This document shows, piece by piece, positions 1 to 12,556 of a stretch of DNA of 64,000 nt. The stretch covers positions 53,444,001 to 53,508,000 of the forward strand of contig NC_043015.1 in assembly GCF_006345805.1 (NCBI RefSeq). The letters run 5' to 3'. A program made the position numbers and the translations under genes. The notes under the pieces were generated by a model that saw nothing but the letters and a program-made list of their open reading frames with translations, ran no database searches and was not told where the DNA came from. This DNA comes from Octopus sinensis. Lineage: Eukaryota. Position 1 is the stretch's first letter. Each line of letters begins with the position of its first letter.

Positions 1-528
1 GTTTGTAATGTATATCACAAATCATTAGCATAGTGATCCACTTATAGGGACTCCTTAAAAACACGTATAATATTTTTTGAAAATATATTAACTACAACTG
101 TGATAATAGGAAAATATCACCCCTCAAGCACAGACATATGGAAGCACAAACGCGAAGAAACACAAATAGATGTTAAACATGCACATCATGATTCGACGAA
201 GACAAATACTGCCATATCAAGGAATATTATATTTGTATCAAAATGTGTGTACATGTATGAATAGATATCGGTGGGTAGTTGAGCATGAATCTTTACCTGT
301 ACCAAGCAATCTATCTCTATATGCATATCTGTGTGTGTATATGCATCAGGGAGTCTATCTGTATGTATATTTCTGTGTACGTATGAATGCGAATTATATA
401 CGAATGTATACGTACATGTCTGTATGTATCTAGTTATCTAGCTATGTAGGTATCTGACTATATATGTATATCTGTATGTATATATATATAATATTATATA
501 TATATAGTCAGATACCAACATAGCTAGA

Positions 529-592
<64 letters not shown>

Positions 593-1654
593 CTGCATAT
601 CTCTGTATCTATATCTATTGCTTTCGTTCTTTCTTCTTGTCTGTATCAGATCGTCAAATGTAAGATATTTTTAGCATGGAACTCAACCAGATGAAACTGT
701 TTGCAACATTCATAAATCGTCTATACGTCAAGAATTGTGGCTGAGGAACTTGGACTGACAATTAACAATTGAGTGCAATCACTGAAACGAATCTTGTTTA
801 AATAGTTCTTAAGTTTCGTTGAAAAAAATAATGTGGCCCATTGAGATGTTATTCGATATTGACACCTTGTCATAAGGAAAACAACCTCAACAAAACATTG
901 CATTTCATATGGCGACAAAAAGTAATTTCCATGCGGTAGACGATGTCGTTCTGTTCTGTAGCTTCGTTAACGTGAAACATCAAAATATTTTCCGAAACGG
1001 AGTTGCATTAATGAAAAACAATTATCACATTTTGTGGGTAATCAGAGGGAAACAACCACGTCCGTTGTTAAAATTGTAACGGAATTCTAAGTTTAAAGAA
1101 TATAACCAATAAACCGCCCAAACCGCCAACATTTATGCCTATTGTCACGCAGTCCTGAAAGGCCTGTTCTTCTGCATGACAACTCGTGACGATATCAGGT
1201 CACAATAACGCAACAAAATGTTGAAAGTATTTGGCTCCGGAATTCTACCTCAACTAACTACCTGTCATTCCCAGTCTTTCTACAATTGTTTATTACTCTT
1301 TCATATATTTTCCAAGTTTTCGAAAAGCGAATAACAAATTAAAACACCCTCAAAATACTCCATCGGTTTCATGTTCTGAGATGTTCTTAATTGCAAAAAT
1401 TTCAAAGTTTTAAAGATTCTAATTAATAAAACTTTTTATCGGCTGAGATAAGTTACTTCACCTTGATAATTCTAAGAAGCTTGGTTTAATATACAACTAG
1501 CATATTTAAATAATAATAAAATTAATAAAAAAAACTGTATATTTTTTCTGACACCTAGCCAGTTTTACATAATTTCTGAGCAATTCTAATAACTTCAACT
1601 AAAAATTGAAGATTCTTGGACGTTGGTTTTACAATTATTAAGCGTTTCGGTAGT

Positions 1655-1754
1655 NNNNNNNNNNNNNNNNNNNNNNNNNNNNNNNNNNNNNNNNNNNNNN
1701 NNNNNNNNNNNNNNNNNNNNNNNNNNNNNNNNNNNNNNNNNNNNNNNNNNNNNN
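1655..1754. other. Assembly gap (100 N)
   Basis: Run of 100 N; a round size suggests a placeholder gap. Confidence 0.99.
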
Positions 1755-1994
1755 TTGGAACGTGGCTATATCGAAAATAACTTTCAACATACATCTACTT
1801 GCAACGAAGTTTGCTGCCTCAAATAACTTGCAGTAATGGTTTTAGACCTCTGGGTTGAGCATTTTTCTCTTCCTCTGTTCTCTTTTCAGTTCATATGTTT
1901 CTTTGTTTTATTTCGCTTATTTTCCCTCAGTTTTTTTGTACATATATTCAGAAAACAAGAAGTCTATAGAGGTGTCAAAAAAACAAAGAATATT

Positions 1995-2512
1995 TATTTC
2001 TTTATTGCCTCGCATCTCAATTCTCGCGGGATGCCCCTCAGAGTCGCCAGCTTGCGCAGTAATGGCTCGAGAGTCAATACGTATAAAAGCGACGAGAGGG
2101 GGCATCCCTGACGGACCAAACATGCAATGTCGAAAGGTCTCCATAGATGTCCATTTACACGAATTACCGAACGGATACCTCTATACAAAGCAGCTATCTA
2201 GCCGAGGAAGACGTGACCGAAATCAACCGCTCTGCGGACAGCCTCTAAGTATCGATGGTCTACCCCATCGAAAGCTTTCGGTTGATCCAAATTGATCAGG
2301 GCCCACCCATGCCAGTTTCCCTAACTCCCCTGTCTATGATGTAGCGCATGAAATGGAGGTTGTCATAGATGCTGCGAACCGGTATGGCACACGTTTGCAC
2401 CTTTTCGACCAGTTTCTCGATGACGAGCGCCAACCTCTTGGCTAACACCATGGCCAAAATTTTCAAGTCTGCATTAAGCAGAGTGATGAGCCTAAAGTCA
2501 TCTATTACGTCC

Positions 2513-2514
<2 letters not shown>
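1995..2514 (-). mobile_element. L1/Tx1-clade LINE reverse transcriptase fragment (frameshifted)
   Basis: Minus-strand translation gives DFRLITLLNADLKILAMVLAKRL...DNLH, then after a frameshift LDQPKAFDGVDH and VRQGCPLSSLLYVLTLEPLLRKL, which are non-LTR RT motifs. Bounded upstream by (TA)n. Confidence 0.88.
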
Positions 2515-2554
<40 letters not shown>

Positions 2555-2556
<2 letters not shown>

Positions 2557-2670
2557 CTGAAGAAGAGCTTTGCACGTAATGTTAAATATTCTTTCTTTCC
2601 TTTCCTGAGCATCTGATAATACAGTACTTGTACCACGTCCCCGCGTTGTAGTTTCTTCATATTTGTTCTT
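2555..2670 (+). mobile_element. Decayed Penelope-like short repeat with degenerate minimal hammerhead motif
   Basis: CTGAAGA-A-GAGC-ttt-GCAC-GTAA directly after (TA)n. The downstream sequence (tttcctgagc...ataatac...ccacgtcc.cgcgttg) matches the minus-strand element at 12390-12556. Confidence 0.5.
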
Positions 2671-2972
2671 CATTGTTTGGATTCACTATATATATATCTC
2701 TTATTATAAAAGGCAGATTTTATCTGCCTCCCTTTGGGAGTTATAGAAACCTACAATATAGGATTTCTTCAATTACAATTTACCTAGCATTTTTAAGAGT
2801 ACAATGCATCGCGTCATGCCAGGTTCAGTTTTTAAAATTTAAACTCCAATTAAGCAAAATTTACAGAAAACTCACATTCTGGTGTGTGTGTCAAATGCTT
2901 TTCTTAGTCTGGTTTACACCACACGCAAACGCCACACACAGTGTGCAACCAATAAGTGAAACTAGATGTAAT

Positions 2973-3170
2973 ATTTGTTTCTGTCTATCACGCTGATAGA
3001 TACATGAGTAAAATGTATGGGAAGCTAACAGATAAGAGTGAGTGAAAATGTTCTGAAGAGAGTAAATTAGATTTGTTTCTGTCTATCACGCTGATAGATA
3101 CATGAGTAAAATGTATGGGAAGCTAACAGATAAGAGTGAGTGAAAATGTTCTTGGAAGAGAGTAAATTAG
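2973..3170 (+). repeat. Tandem duplication, 2 x ~99 bp
   Basis: atttgtttctgtctatcacgctg...gagagtaaattag occurs at 2973-3070 and 3071-3170, differing by a 2-nt indel. Confidence 0.95.
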
Positions 3171-3244
3171 CGACAGAGTGATTTGAGGAAGACTAAACTG
3201 AAAGTATGAAACAGTGTTTATGTATAAACAGACGACACTTTATA

Positions 3245-3560
3245 AAACCTTTCGTTACCAAACCGCCCGAATTTACCTATTCATATTTAAATGAGAATAT
3301 CAGAGTAATCTCTTTAGTACATTCGTGAAAACACGTATTATACTTCGTAAACACTTCAAATACAGTTTTGTACAAAAATCGAAGTGTAATTTTAATTCCG
3401 TGAATTATGGGAGATTTTTTTCCGAAATTTGTTCCTATTGTGTTTTCAAAATTTGTAATTCTGACAAAAAATGGATACGAATTTCATTATATCAAGCAGC
3501 GAGTCAGAATTTGAAGGATTTTCTACTGAAGACCTTCATAAATCTAACTCTATGACTGAA
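3245..3560 (+). mobile_element. Possible piggyBac-like non-autonomous remnant
   Basis: Starts aaacctttcgttacc, resembling a TTAA-CCCTTT piggyBac-type end, and includes an acidic SSSESEFEGFSTEDL stretch. No second terminus seen. Confidence 0.3.
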
Positions 3561-3572
3561 AAAAAAAACCCA

Positions 3573-3965
3573 TCTTTATATAAGAGTGAAGTTGTGTGTC
3601 TGTCCCCTTCGATTGAGATTCGTAACTACTCCCACGTTTTGCGGTGCAGTTTAACCAAAAGCGGGTATCTTATAGTCGTGATTCATATCGAGCCCTTCTG
3701 GGTATTAGCGCGCGTCTACGATGAGTCTACGATTTTAAAAAAATTTACCATCATATTTTTCCATTTTAATGCATTTTTTCGCTTTTATATAAGGGAAGTA
3801 ACTCTCTAAAAATATCTACGATGTGTCAACGATTTAAAAAAAAAATTTACCTTAATTTTTTTTCAATTTTTAATGCATTTTTTTCTATTTTTGGCTATAA
3901 CTCTCTAAAAATGCTTATATAGTTATTTCCCTTACAACCCGAGCAACGCCGGGCGATACTGCTAG
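3573..3965 (+). mobile_element. Non-autonomous Helitron
   Basis: 5' A|TC start (atctttatataagagtgaagttgtgtgtctg). 3' GC-rich hairpin cccgagcaacgccggg followed by CTAG|T at 3962-3966. These are canonical Helitron termini and an A/T target. Confidence 0.75.
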
Positions 3966-4038
3966 TATATATATATATATATATATATGTGTGTGGGGGG
4001 GGGGGTGTGTGTGTGTGTGTGTGTGTGTGGGTGCGGTG

Positions 4039-4103
<65 letters not shown>

Positions 4104-4160
4104 GTCCAAAAGAAGGGAAGACGGAGGAAGAACATCGCCAATGATTCACATGTGGTTACA

Positions 4161-4441
4161 TTTTGAAATGACCAGAAGGCAATCTTCAGCTGCACAAAGA
4201 CATAGAATTTAATTAAATTAGAACAGATAGACACATTAGTAAATACCTAAAATCTCAAAAAATGTTAAGGAGATAGACAAAGAACATGTTGATATTTCTA
4301 AACTGGAGTGAGACAACATCTCCTTTGTCTATCTTCTTAAGATCTTGGAGATCTTACGCATAATTATTCTAATATGTCTATCTATTCTAATTCAATTAAA
4401 TTCTGTCTTTGTGCAGCTGAAGATTGCTCTGCATTTTAAAT
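4161..4441. mobile_element. Fold-back / MITE-like element
   Basis: Long imperfect inverted arms, e.g. gcaatcttcagctgcacaaagaca...gaatttaatt versus aattaaattctgtctttgtgcagctgaagattgc, plus an inner pair aaggagatagacaaag / ctttgtctatcttctt. Confidence 0.75.
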
Positions 4442-4704
4442 TGATGTAATGATTGCATTGTTCAGTTAAATGGAATTGCATGAAACGATCGTACTGCATT
4501 ACCTATGGATATCCTTGTTACTTATTTTGATTTTAATCACCTTATTTTGAAATTGAATGGAGAATACCGTACTAAATTCTGGTGCCTCAACCTAAGTACC
4601 ACATTAATTTGAATCTCTCCCTCTCATTTATCTCTCTACACACACACAAACACACACACACATACACACACACATATATATATTGCTTGTAGATGACGAC
4701 GACA

Positions 4705-4759
<55 letters not shown>

Positions 4760-4792
4760 CGATGATGATGGCGATGATGATGATGATGATAT

Positions 4793-4824
<32 letters not shown>

Positions 4825-5127
4825 AACAACAATAGTGGATGATAAAGATGATGATGATACTGTTTAAATCTATGATGAAGATGCTGCTGGTGAGGATAAC
4901 GATGAAGTTTATGATGATGGGAAATCATGATTCTGATAGTAAGATGACAAAAGGAAAAAGAAACAGGAAAAAAAACAACACCACAAAAACGATGGAAAAT
5001 AACTAGTAATGATAATAAGCAATATTATGAATATGAACAGAACAAAGGTACTCAGGGGGATCAGCACCGCCAGGGAAGCCTTTGTTTTCATACATACTTT
5101 ATAGACATACGTACATAAGTGTATATG

Positions 5128-5181
<54 letters not shown>

Positions 5182-5336
5182 CACATATATACCCATATAT
5201 AAACATATAGATATATATATATATATAATATATATATACACATACAACATATATATGTATGTATGTGTCTGGTTTTCGATCACTCCCTCTCTCCTCTATA
5301 TATATATATGTATATGTGTATATATAATATATATGG

Positions 5337-5374
<38 letters not shown>

Positions 5375-5376
5375 TA

Positions 5377-5407
<31 letters not shown>

Positions 5408-5493
5408 CATATGTATATATATATATATACATGATAGATAGATAGATAGATAACAGACATATAGATGCATGCACGCATATATATGCGTACGTA

Positions 5494-5529
<36 letters not shown>

Positions 5530-6476
5530 GCAGTGATGGTAATAATTGTGAAGGAGTCTAAAACCAAAAAGAAAAAAACAACCACACTTTTGATGGTGAT
5601 TTTTTCATCGATCTGTTGTCCCTCTAATCCTGCAGGAACAACGATGGTATCGTTATTAAATTTATTTCATGAGCACTTCCAGAACGTAGGTTCTTTTTGT
5701 CTTTTGTTCCTGACCCTTTACTGAAAGTCTATCACGCAGGTGGCGTTGGTGAGAGTCGGTGTTGGAGTCAGATGTTAGCGTTGTATAACTAAAACAAAGA
5801 GCGATTATCAATGATTTTATTGTATTTGTTAGGAGAGGGTACTTTAATATCAGACATGATTTGGGGTGTCTCTATCGGATCACAAAGATTAACCATATCA
5901 CATGAATTCCATCTAGTTGTTTTAGCAACTTGGGATGTTTCCATTTCAGATTTTATCAAACAGCAATCGTTAAATATTCTTATCGTTAGTTTCGCGATAT
6001 ATTTTATATCTTGGCCCCCACAAATATTCCACACATATGTTGCCAAAATTCTTGCAAATTTGATTGGACGAACGAAAAAGTGTTCCATTTATTTATTTCT
6101 TTGTTTCTTTATCCATTTATTTATATTTTGTGCCGATGGAAACCTGGTTATTTCCTTACAGAAGGAGATTTAATTGATTTCGAAATAGTACCGTAGTCCC
6201 GTCACTCTTCAAATACCACCATTTGTTGCAGCCGTCGATGGATCAGCCAGTGACCACTAGATGTACTAGAAATAGAAGCGAAGTCTCTGAAACGACAAGC
6301 AAAATCGAACAGATTTATGCAGCATCTTAAAGTTACTTAAATTCACCATCGATTCGCTATGTTCCGTTTTCGAATACGAATTGCAAAAATTTTACGCAGT
6401 TATGTCTTTGGTAATAAATTTTCTAAACAAAGAATGGTTCTTCGAAATACGCATTGCAATATCTATATGGATTTCG

Positions 6477-6659
6477 GCACAAGGCCAGCGGGGTCAGGGT
6501 GGGGACTACATCGACCCTAGTTTTCATCGGGAATTTGTTTTATCGATTCTGAAAGAGGAAAAGCAAAGTCGACCCCTGGGGTATTAGAACTCAGAACAAA
6601 AAGGCGAACGGAATTGTGATAAGCATTTGGCCTGCTACAGTAACCATTCTGCCAGCTCA
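6477..6659 (-). mobile_element. tRNA-derived SINE family A, degenerate copy
   Basis: Reverse complement matches the family consensus gagctggcagaa...gttctgagttcaaattc...gtcgactttgcctttcatcc...gtcgataaa seen many times in the window. Confidence 0.7.
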
Positions 6660-6679
6660 ATGCCTTACGTTGGAATATA

Positions 6680-6913
6680 CAATAATCCCTCGACTATCGC
6701 GGTTGTTGCGTTCCAAAACACCCGCGACAGGTGAAAATCTACGAAGTAGAAAAATTACTGTACTGTATATTTTAAAATTATTTTTATAATTTGTAAATAT
6801 TTATTTCAATATAGATACAAAACACCACCACGGAGGATTCGGCGTAAGCATAAACAATAAACCGTAATAGATAAACCGCGATAGGTGAACCGTGATATGG
6901 AAAGGGATTACTT
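6680..6913. mobile_element. Tigger/pogo-like MITE
   Basis: TA-flanked termini ca(a)taatccctcgactatcgcgg ... ccgtgatatggaaagggattact form an imperfect terminal inverted repeat of the CAGTAATCCC type. Confidence 0.6.
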
Positions 6914-6915
6914 TA

Positions 6916-7739
6916 TAGTGATCTGATCAATAAGTATCCGGACTGTGGCCATAGTAACGAAGCTAAAACACGGAGAGTTAATCCGCTCGGCACAGATTGA
7001 CTTTCGACTCTGCTGTGCATGCACACTAAGTTTTAGTGTTTTAGCTTACTTCTGCCGTTTAGAGCAGTGCTTGGAAGGAATGAGTGTATGGTTTGAGCGG
7101 CGTATTGAACATGACAGCGAAAGCTGTGCAGAGAATTTGCATCAAATTGAGCCAAGAGCTTGGCGATAGCTGCTCAGTGGCCTAGGTGAAATTTTCAAAA
7201 AGTTTTCATCGTTTTTAGTGAAATCTGAGTGTCCTTTTGTTCAGCAAAAAGTTGTTTGGACATAGACTTGGCAGGCACGCGTCTCATACCCAAATCATCA
7301 AACTCACGGATGGTGATTTGACGATTTCCCTTCACAGCTGCTCGCACATCTGCCATGTTTTTCTCAGTTCTGCTGGTTGCAGGTCTCCTAGAACGTTTGT
7401 TTCTCTCGATATTTTTTCGGTCATCTTGGAAACGTCTGAACCACTCGTACACTTGTGTGTACCTCATACATTCCTTTCCGTACTTTGTGTAGGCCTCTGA
7501 GCAGGTATCGTCATGACAACTTCCTCTGTCATGGTCAATGCGACGATCACACGTTACACACCTTCCTTCCAAGTACTGCTGTAAATGGCAGAAGTGAGCT
7601 AGCACTTTAAAATTTTGTGCGCATGCACAGCAGGGTTGCATAGCAGAGTTTATGGTTAATCTTTTCCAAGCGGCTTTACTCTGCGTGCTTCATCTTCGCT
7701 ACTATGGCAACAGCCCGGATACTTATTGATCAGACCTAG
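6916..7739 (-). mobile_element. Internally deleted mariner transposon with long inverted ends and transposase HTH remnant
   Basis: TIRs gatctgatcaataagtatccggactgtggccatagt / actatggcaacagcccggatacttattgatcagacc with TA flanks; inverted similarity extends about 200 bp. ORF 7195-7641(-) contains YGKECMRYTQVYEWFRRFQD...RSRRPATSRT...NRQITIREF, a mariner N-terminal HTH. Confidence 0.9.
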
Positions 7740-7768
7740 TATATATATTTCAAGTTTTGACTCAAGAC

Positions 7769-7949
7769 GAGCAATTTCGAGAGGGTAAGTCGATTGCATG
7801 AACCACAGTATTCAACTGGTACTTAGTTAATCGACCCCAAAAGGCTGAAAGGTAAAGTTCACCTTGGCTGAACTTGATCTAAGAACGTAAAGGCTGACGG
7901 AATGCCGTTCAACATATTGCTCGGCAAGGTAGCGATTCGGCCAGCTCAA
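7769..7949 (-). mobile_element. SINE family A copy
   Basis: Matches the family A consensus in reverse complement. Confidence 0.75.
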
Positions 7950-8003
7950 CGACTTGCATTGGGATATATACTGAATACATACATACACACACACACCCAC
8001 ACT

Positions 8004-8053
<50 letters not shown>

Positions 8054-8282
8054 GTGGTGGTGTGTATTCGCCATGGTGGTGCTCCAGCATGAACACACCG
8101 AATGGCTGAAACGAGTAAAAGAGTAAATATACACACATATGTATATATAACGAAACAAAAACATCTCCGAACTTGACTGGAGTTCCTCTTGTCATAGGTC
8201 TGCTTAAATGGCACGGGCTTGGAACAACCCCACGCTATATCCCAACAACAACAACAACAACAACAATTAATATTCCCTTTGG

Positions 8283-8484
8283 CTGTGTCGTAAGAAGCTT
8301 GCCTTTTATCCACAAGCTCCCGAGGTCAGCTCCACTGCGCGGCACTTTGCGCATGTCTCTTCTACTATAGCGTCGGGGTGACCAATGCTTTGTGATTGGA
8401 TTTGGTAAAAGGATTCTGAGAGAAGCCCGCCGTATATATACGTATACATATGTGTGTGTGTTGTATGTGTTGTGTGTGTGTGTG

Positions 8485-8523
<39 letters not shown>

Positions 8524-8750
8524 TGTCTGCCCCACCCCCACAGCTTGATAAACTGACGTTAGTTTGTTTACGTTGTCGTTCGCTAGCGGTTCGGGAAAAG
8601 TAATCGATAGAATAAATACCAGACTTAAAAGAAGAAAAAAAAACAGAAGTTCCGTGGCTGATTCATTCAATTAAGACTTCTTCAAGGAGGTGCCCCAGCA
8701 TGGTCGCAGTCTAATGACAGAAAGAAGCAGAAAAAAATAAAAGAAAAAAC
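8283..8750 (+). mobile_element. tRNA-derived SINE family B (head + internal TA/TG microsatellite + tail)
   Basis: Head ggctgtgt.gtaagaagcttgc...ggttcagtcccactgcgtggcaccttgggcaagtgtcttctactatagc..., microsatellite, then tail ...ggtgccccagcatgg.cgcagt.taatgac.gaaa. Confidence 0.8.
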
Positions 8751-9155
8751 AAGATGTAATTGTGTTCTACTTTAGATGAGCTTCGAATCATTTATAAAAA
8801 TTCTAATAATTTTTATCTCGCAGGCATAGAATTTACCTCTCGAACACCTACGTTGGCAAGAAACCTGTTCCAAAAAACAAAATTTAAGCCGTCTCGTTTC
8901 TATCAGCACTACACTAGATCGATACAATGGAATAATCCTTCAACTCTACAAATAAAATGCCTGCCTAGCATCTTGTGCACTGTCCAGCAAACCATTATTA
9001 AGCAGCATGAATGTGAACTCCACTTAGCATAGGTTACTCTCTGCTAATGACAGCTTCTATTTTCTTCCATCATTTTTCGTTTTGTCTCGAGGCTGGATAC
9101 TTAAGTGCTCAAAGATTCACTTTATTTTAAAATACAGACACTAAGATAGAAAGAT

Positions 9156-9195
<40 letters not shown>

Positions 9196-9322
9196 AGAGA
9201 TAGTGTGTGTGTGTGTGAGAGGGTAAACACATGAAAACAGAAGGGGAGGAAACGGAGAAAAATGCTTTGAATATGCACAAGATTTCATTGTTCTTCGTCA
9301 TCATCTTATTGTTTTTAAATGC

Positions 9323-9900
9323 TTTTATATCCGCCTTCGCTAAGGCGGAGGTGTTGTTTCCAGTGGTGTTTGTTTCTTTGACCGTGGACAAGATATCTCA
9401 AGAACCGCTGGATGGATTCGGATGAAACTTTCAGGAATGTTTGGCTTCGTGACTGGTACAAAATGATCTGGTACCGGACAAGGATTCTGGACTATTTGGC
9501 ATATTTACTTTACCTTACATGATTACGATCTTACGTTAACTTTCAAGTCTTTCTCAATTATCTTCCTTTAAGCTGTGTCTATTTTGAATGATGAATTTGT
9601 TAACTTTGGCTTGTATTAGACAAGGATAATCTATTTATTACTGTTACTTACTTTTGTACAGTCACTTTCACATTCCATGTCTACCATCTTGATCGATCAG
9701 TTACCGGACAAGGATTCTGGAGTATTTTCCGGTTTTTCTACGTAATTTTTCTGAGCGGTCAAGTTCATTTTTAGTATTCTCGTTTGTGAGAGCAGTCGAA
9801 TATATTTCAGATATTCTCATTTAAAACATCATCTCTGGCTAATCGTTGAGAGGACGTTGCTGTTGCTTTGGCGGAGGTTCGCGCTCACTGAGTGCTCTTG
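9323..9900 (+). mobile_element. Helitron/Helentron-type non-autonomous element
   Basis: 5' hairpin tccgcctt-cgct-aaggcgga, a subterminal ggcggagg repeated near the 3' end, and a 3' stem-loop gcgctcactgagtgc followed by a CT(T)G terminus. An internal ccggacaaggattctgga is duplicated. Confidence 0.55.
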
Positions 9901-10084
9901 TTTTATTGATATTCTTTTCTTGTTTTTGTTCTTCAATTTTATTTCTTTATTGTTATTTTAAACAGGAATCCAACAGTTTCACACCTCCAAATTTTTTCAA
10001 TTGTTCTTTTCTCTTTCCTTGTCACCGAAATGTACGAAATGTAAAAACTCCATAATTTCAACACGAGAAATAAGAAAATAACGT

Positions 10085-10265
10085 ATTTCATTTGACTGCG
10101 ACCATGCTGGAGCAGCGCCATGAAGTATTTCGAACTGATCGACTGCTGTAGCTCTGCTCCTTCTTGTTACATGTCTTGTATATATCCTAGCTGTTGCTTT
10201 TACAGAAATGTTGAGAGTTACGGGAACATAAACAAACCAGCGCCCATTCTCAAGCGGTAGTGGAA
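10085..10265 (-). mobile_element. SINE family B tail
   Basis: Reverse complement of ...gctccagcatggtcgcagtcaaatga. Confidence 0.7.
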
Positions 10266-10399
10266 AACAAACACAACCACAAAGACACACACACATACGC
10301 ACACACACATTCACAACACACACACACCACACACACACACACACACTCACACACACACATGTTCACACACATACACAAATACATACATATATTTATATA

Positions 10400-10790
10400 T
10401 GGGTGGCTGTGTGGTCAGGAGTTTGCTTTCTAGCCACATTGTCCCAGGTTCCGTCCCACTGCGAGGCACTTTCAGATAGTTTCTCCTACTATAACCCTGG
10501 GTTGATCAAAGACTTGTGAGTGGATTTTGGTAGACGGAAACAGAGAAGCCCTTGTATATACATATATATGTTTGCGTATGACTTCGCGCCTGTATTTGTC
10601 CCCTCTAGCTGCTTGACAACCGGTGTTGCTGTATTTATATCCCCCGTAGAGATTTGGCACAAGAGAACGATAGAATATGTACAAGGTTTAAAAAATAATA
10701 AAGAAGTACGGGTGTCGATTCGTTCGACAAAATATTTTTCAGGGCGGTGCCCCAGTATGACCGCAGCATAATGACCATAACAGGTAAAAG
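10400..10790 (+). mobile_element. SINE family B copy
   Basis: Full head, microsatellite and tail match the family B pattern. Confidence 0.8.
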
Positions 10791-10834
10791 ATAAACAATA
10801 GGTTTCCACACTGGTTCCCTCTACCAATTTATCT

Positions 10835-10935
10835 CGCAAGGCATTCGTCGGTCTGGGGATATAGAAGAAGAAATTTGCCAAACGTTCTGCGCAGCGGGAC
10901 GGAACCCGAAACCCCATTGTTGCAAAGCGAGTTTA
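10835..10935 (-). mobile_element. SINE family B head, degenerate
   Basis: Reverse complement of the B head (gggacggaacccgaaacc...gcaaagcgagtt). Confidence 0.6.
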
Positions 10936-11639
10936 TGAAGAACACAGACGTCACTGCAACCTAACAAAATTTCAAATACAGCAAAAGAAAAATGACGTAA
11001 GAAAAGAGTGGAAAGAAAGAAAAATGTAAAAATATAGAAACAAGATGACACATTCATATCTAAAGCATTGGCTGCACAGCAATCATGCAGATTGACGTAA
11101 TACAACGAAAAAAATCTTTGGGCATAAGGCTGCGTTGCGTCAACAAGTGAAAGCAACAGTCTGAATTGTATCCAACTTGCACGTCACCCTGGCGCTTATC
11201 AATTTCTCAAGTTCAAATTAAAAGAAAATATCATATCGCCAATTTATTATTCCAAGCTAATTCCATATATAACTTTCGCTGCATCGATTTCTTTCAGTGG
11301 ATAATGATTCGTCGGCTATAAAAACAAAAACCAAAACAAAAAATTAATAACATGTATCCCCTCACACACACGCACAGACACACACATACACAAATGAATG
11401 CACATCCACGCATATGTATTTCACAAGACTTTTGCTTCATATTATAATAAAATACTTACTCTCTTTGGTGGTCGAGTGTTATACTTCTTGCTGAAAGCTT
11501 ATCACACAGAATATATATATATATATATAGCTTTAAGTCTCAGTCCGAGGACAGCGGCCATGCTAGGGCACCGCTGTTTAATTTGCTACGCTTTCACTAA
11601 ACCTTCTCTGTTATGTGACGTTTGAAGTTGCTTCCTTAA

Positions 11640-12008
11640 TCTGTGTTTCTTACTTTTGGGTAGGTTCTTCTGGAACTCTTGATTGAAGATCTACTTTTGT
11701 TTTGAAGAAGCCTACATTCACGCCATGGATATCTCTCACGTTTTGTGGGCCTTTTGAAGCCCAAGTTGTTGCAGTATCTTGTCCTGTATCCTGATAGCAA
11801 TGTTGGGATATTTGGTACTATGTAGTGGCGCTCCGTCCTGCTGCCTGTGTAAATGAAAACCCAAAATTTGGTACAAGTTTTTCCAGGATTTTCCAGATGT
11901 ACTTCGCAGCGTATCTTTCCCGCAATCGCTCAAGGGAGTAGGGATATAACTCCTTTAGTCTCTCCCAGTATGTGATATGTCGCATTGCGTCGATCTTCTT
12001 AGTGTAGT
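11640..12008 (-). mobile_element. CR1/L2-group LINE 3' coding remnant
   Basis: Minus-strand translation YTKKIDAMRHITYWERLKELYPYSLERLRERYAAKYIWKILEKLVPNFG matches the YxERLxxLxLxSLExRR C-terminal motif of CR1-type ORF2. Frameshifts follow. Confidence 0.82.
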
Positions 12009-12389
12009 CTATATATATATATATATATTATATATATAATATAATATATATACATATATGCATATATATCCGTCATATGTAGGGCTGCTCAGACATGGAG
12101 TTCGCTTCCCAACCATGTTATTTCCATCGTACTTCGTAGCAGGTAAGGCAAGTTCGTTCCAATAGAGCCACGAGATAAAAAAAATATCGTATACATTGGT
12201 AGGAGGGAACTGTGTAGATGGAAGCTTACTTATATACATACATACACACATACAGACATATATGTGTTTGTGCTTGTTTGCCTATTTGTGAGCTTTGTGT
12301 ACTTTCTTGTCCTTTTGTCTGCTGGAGACCGGTGTCGTGTTCTCAAGGACGTATATATATATAGTTAATCCAAACAAGAAAACACAAAA

Positions 12390-12556
12390 AATCACAACAA
12401 CGCGAGGACGTGGAACAAATATAGTATTATTGGACGCTCAGGAAAGAAGGGAAGAAGGAGGGCTTAACGTTTCGAGCGGAGCTCTTCGTCGGAAACATAG
12501 GAGAAGGAAAGATCCAGAGAAGGGAAGACAGAGGAAAAAAATCGCCAACGGTACAC
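12390..12556 (-). mobile_element. Penelope-like short repeat carrying a minimal hammerhead-like motif (12463-12496)
   Basis: Minus strand reads ttc-CGACGA-A-GAGC-tcc-GCTC-GAAA-CGT-TA-ag: perfect stem II and palindromic AACGTT; the core has C in place of U4. Confidence 0.55.

Noticed and set aside
2973-3170. CRISPR-like or functional repeat
   Set aside because: A simple two-unit duplication without spacers, in a eukaryotic context.
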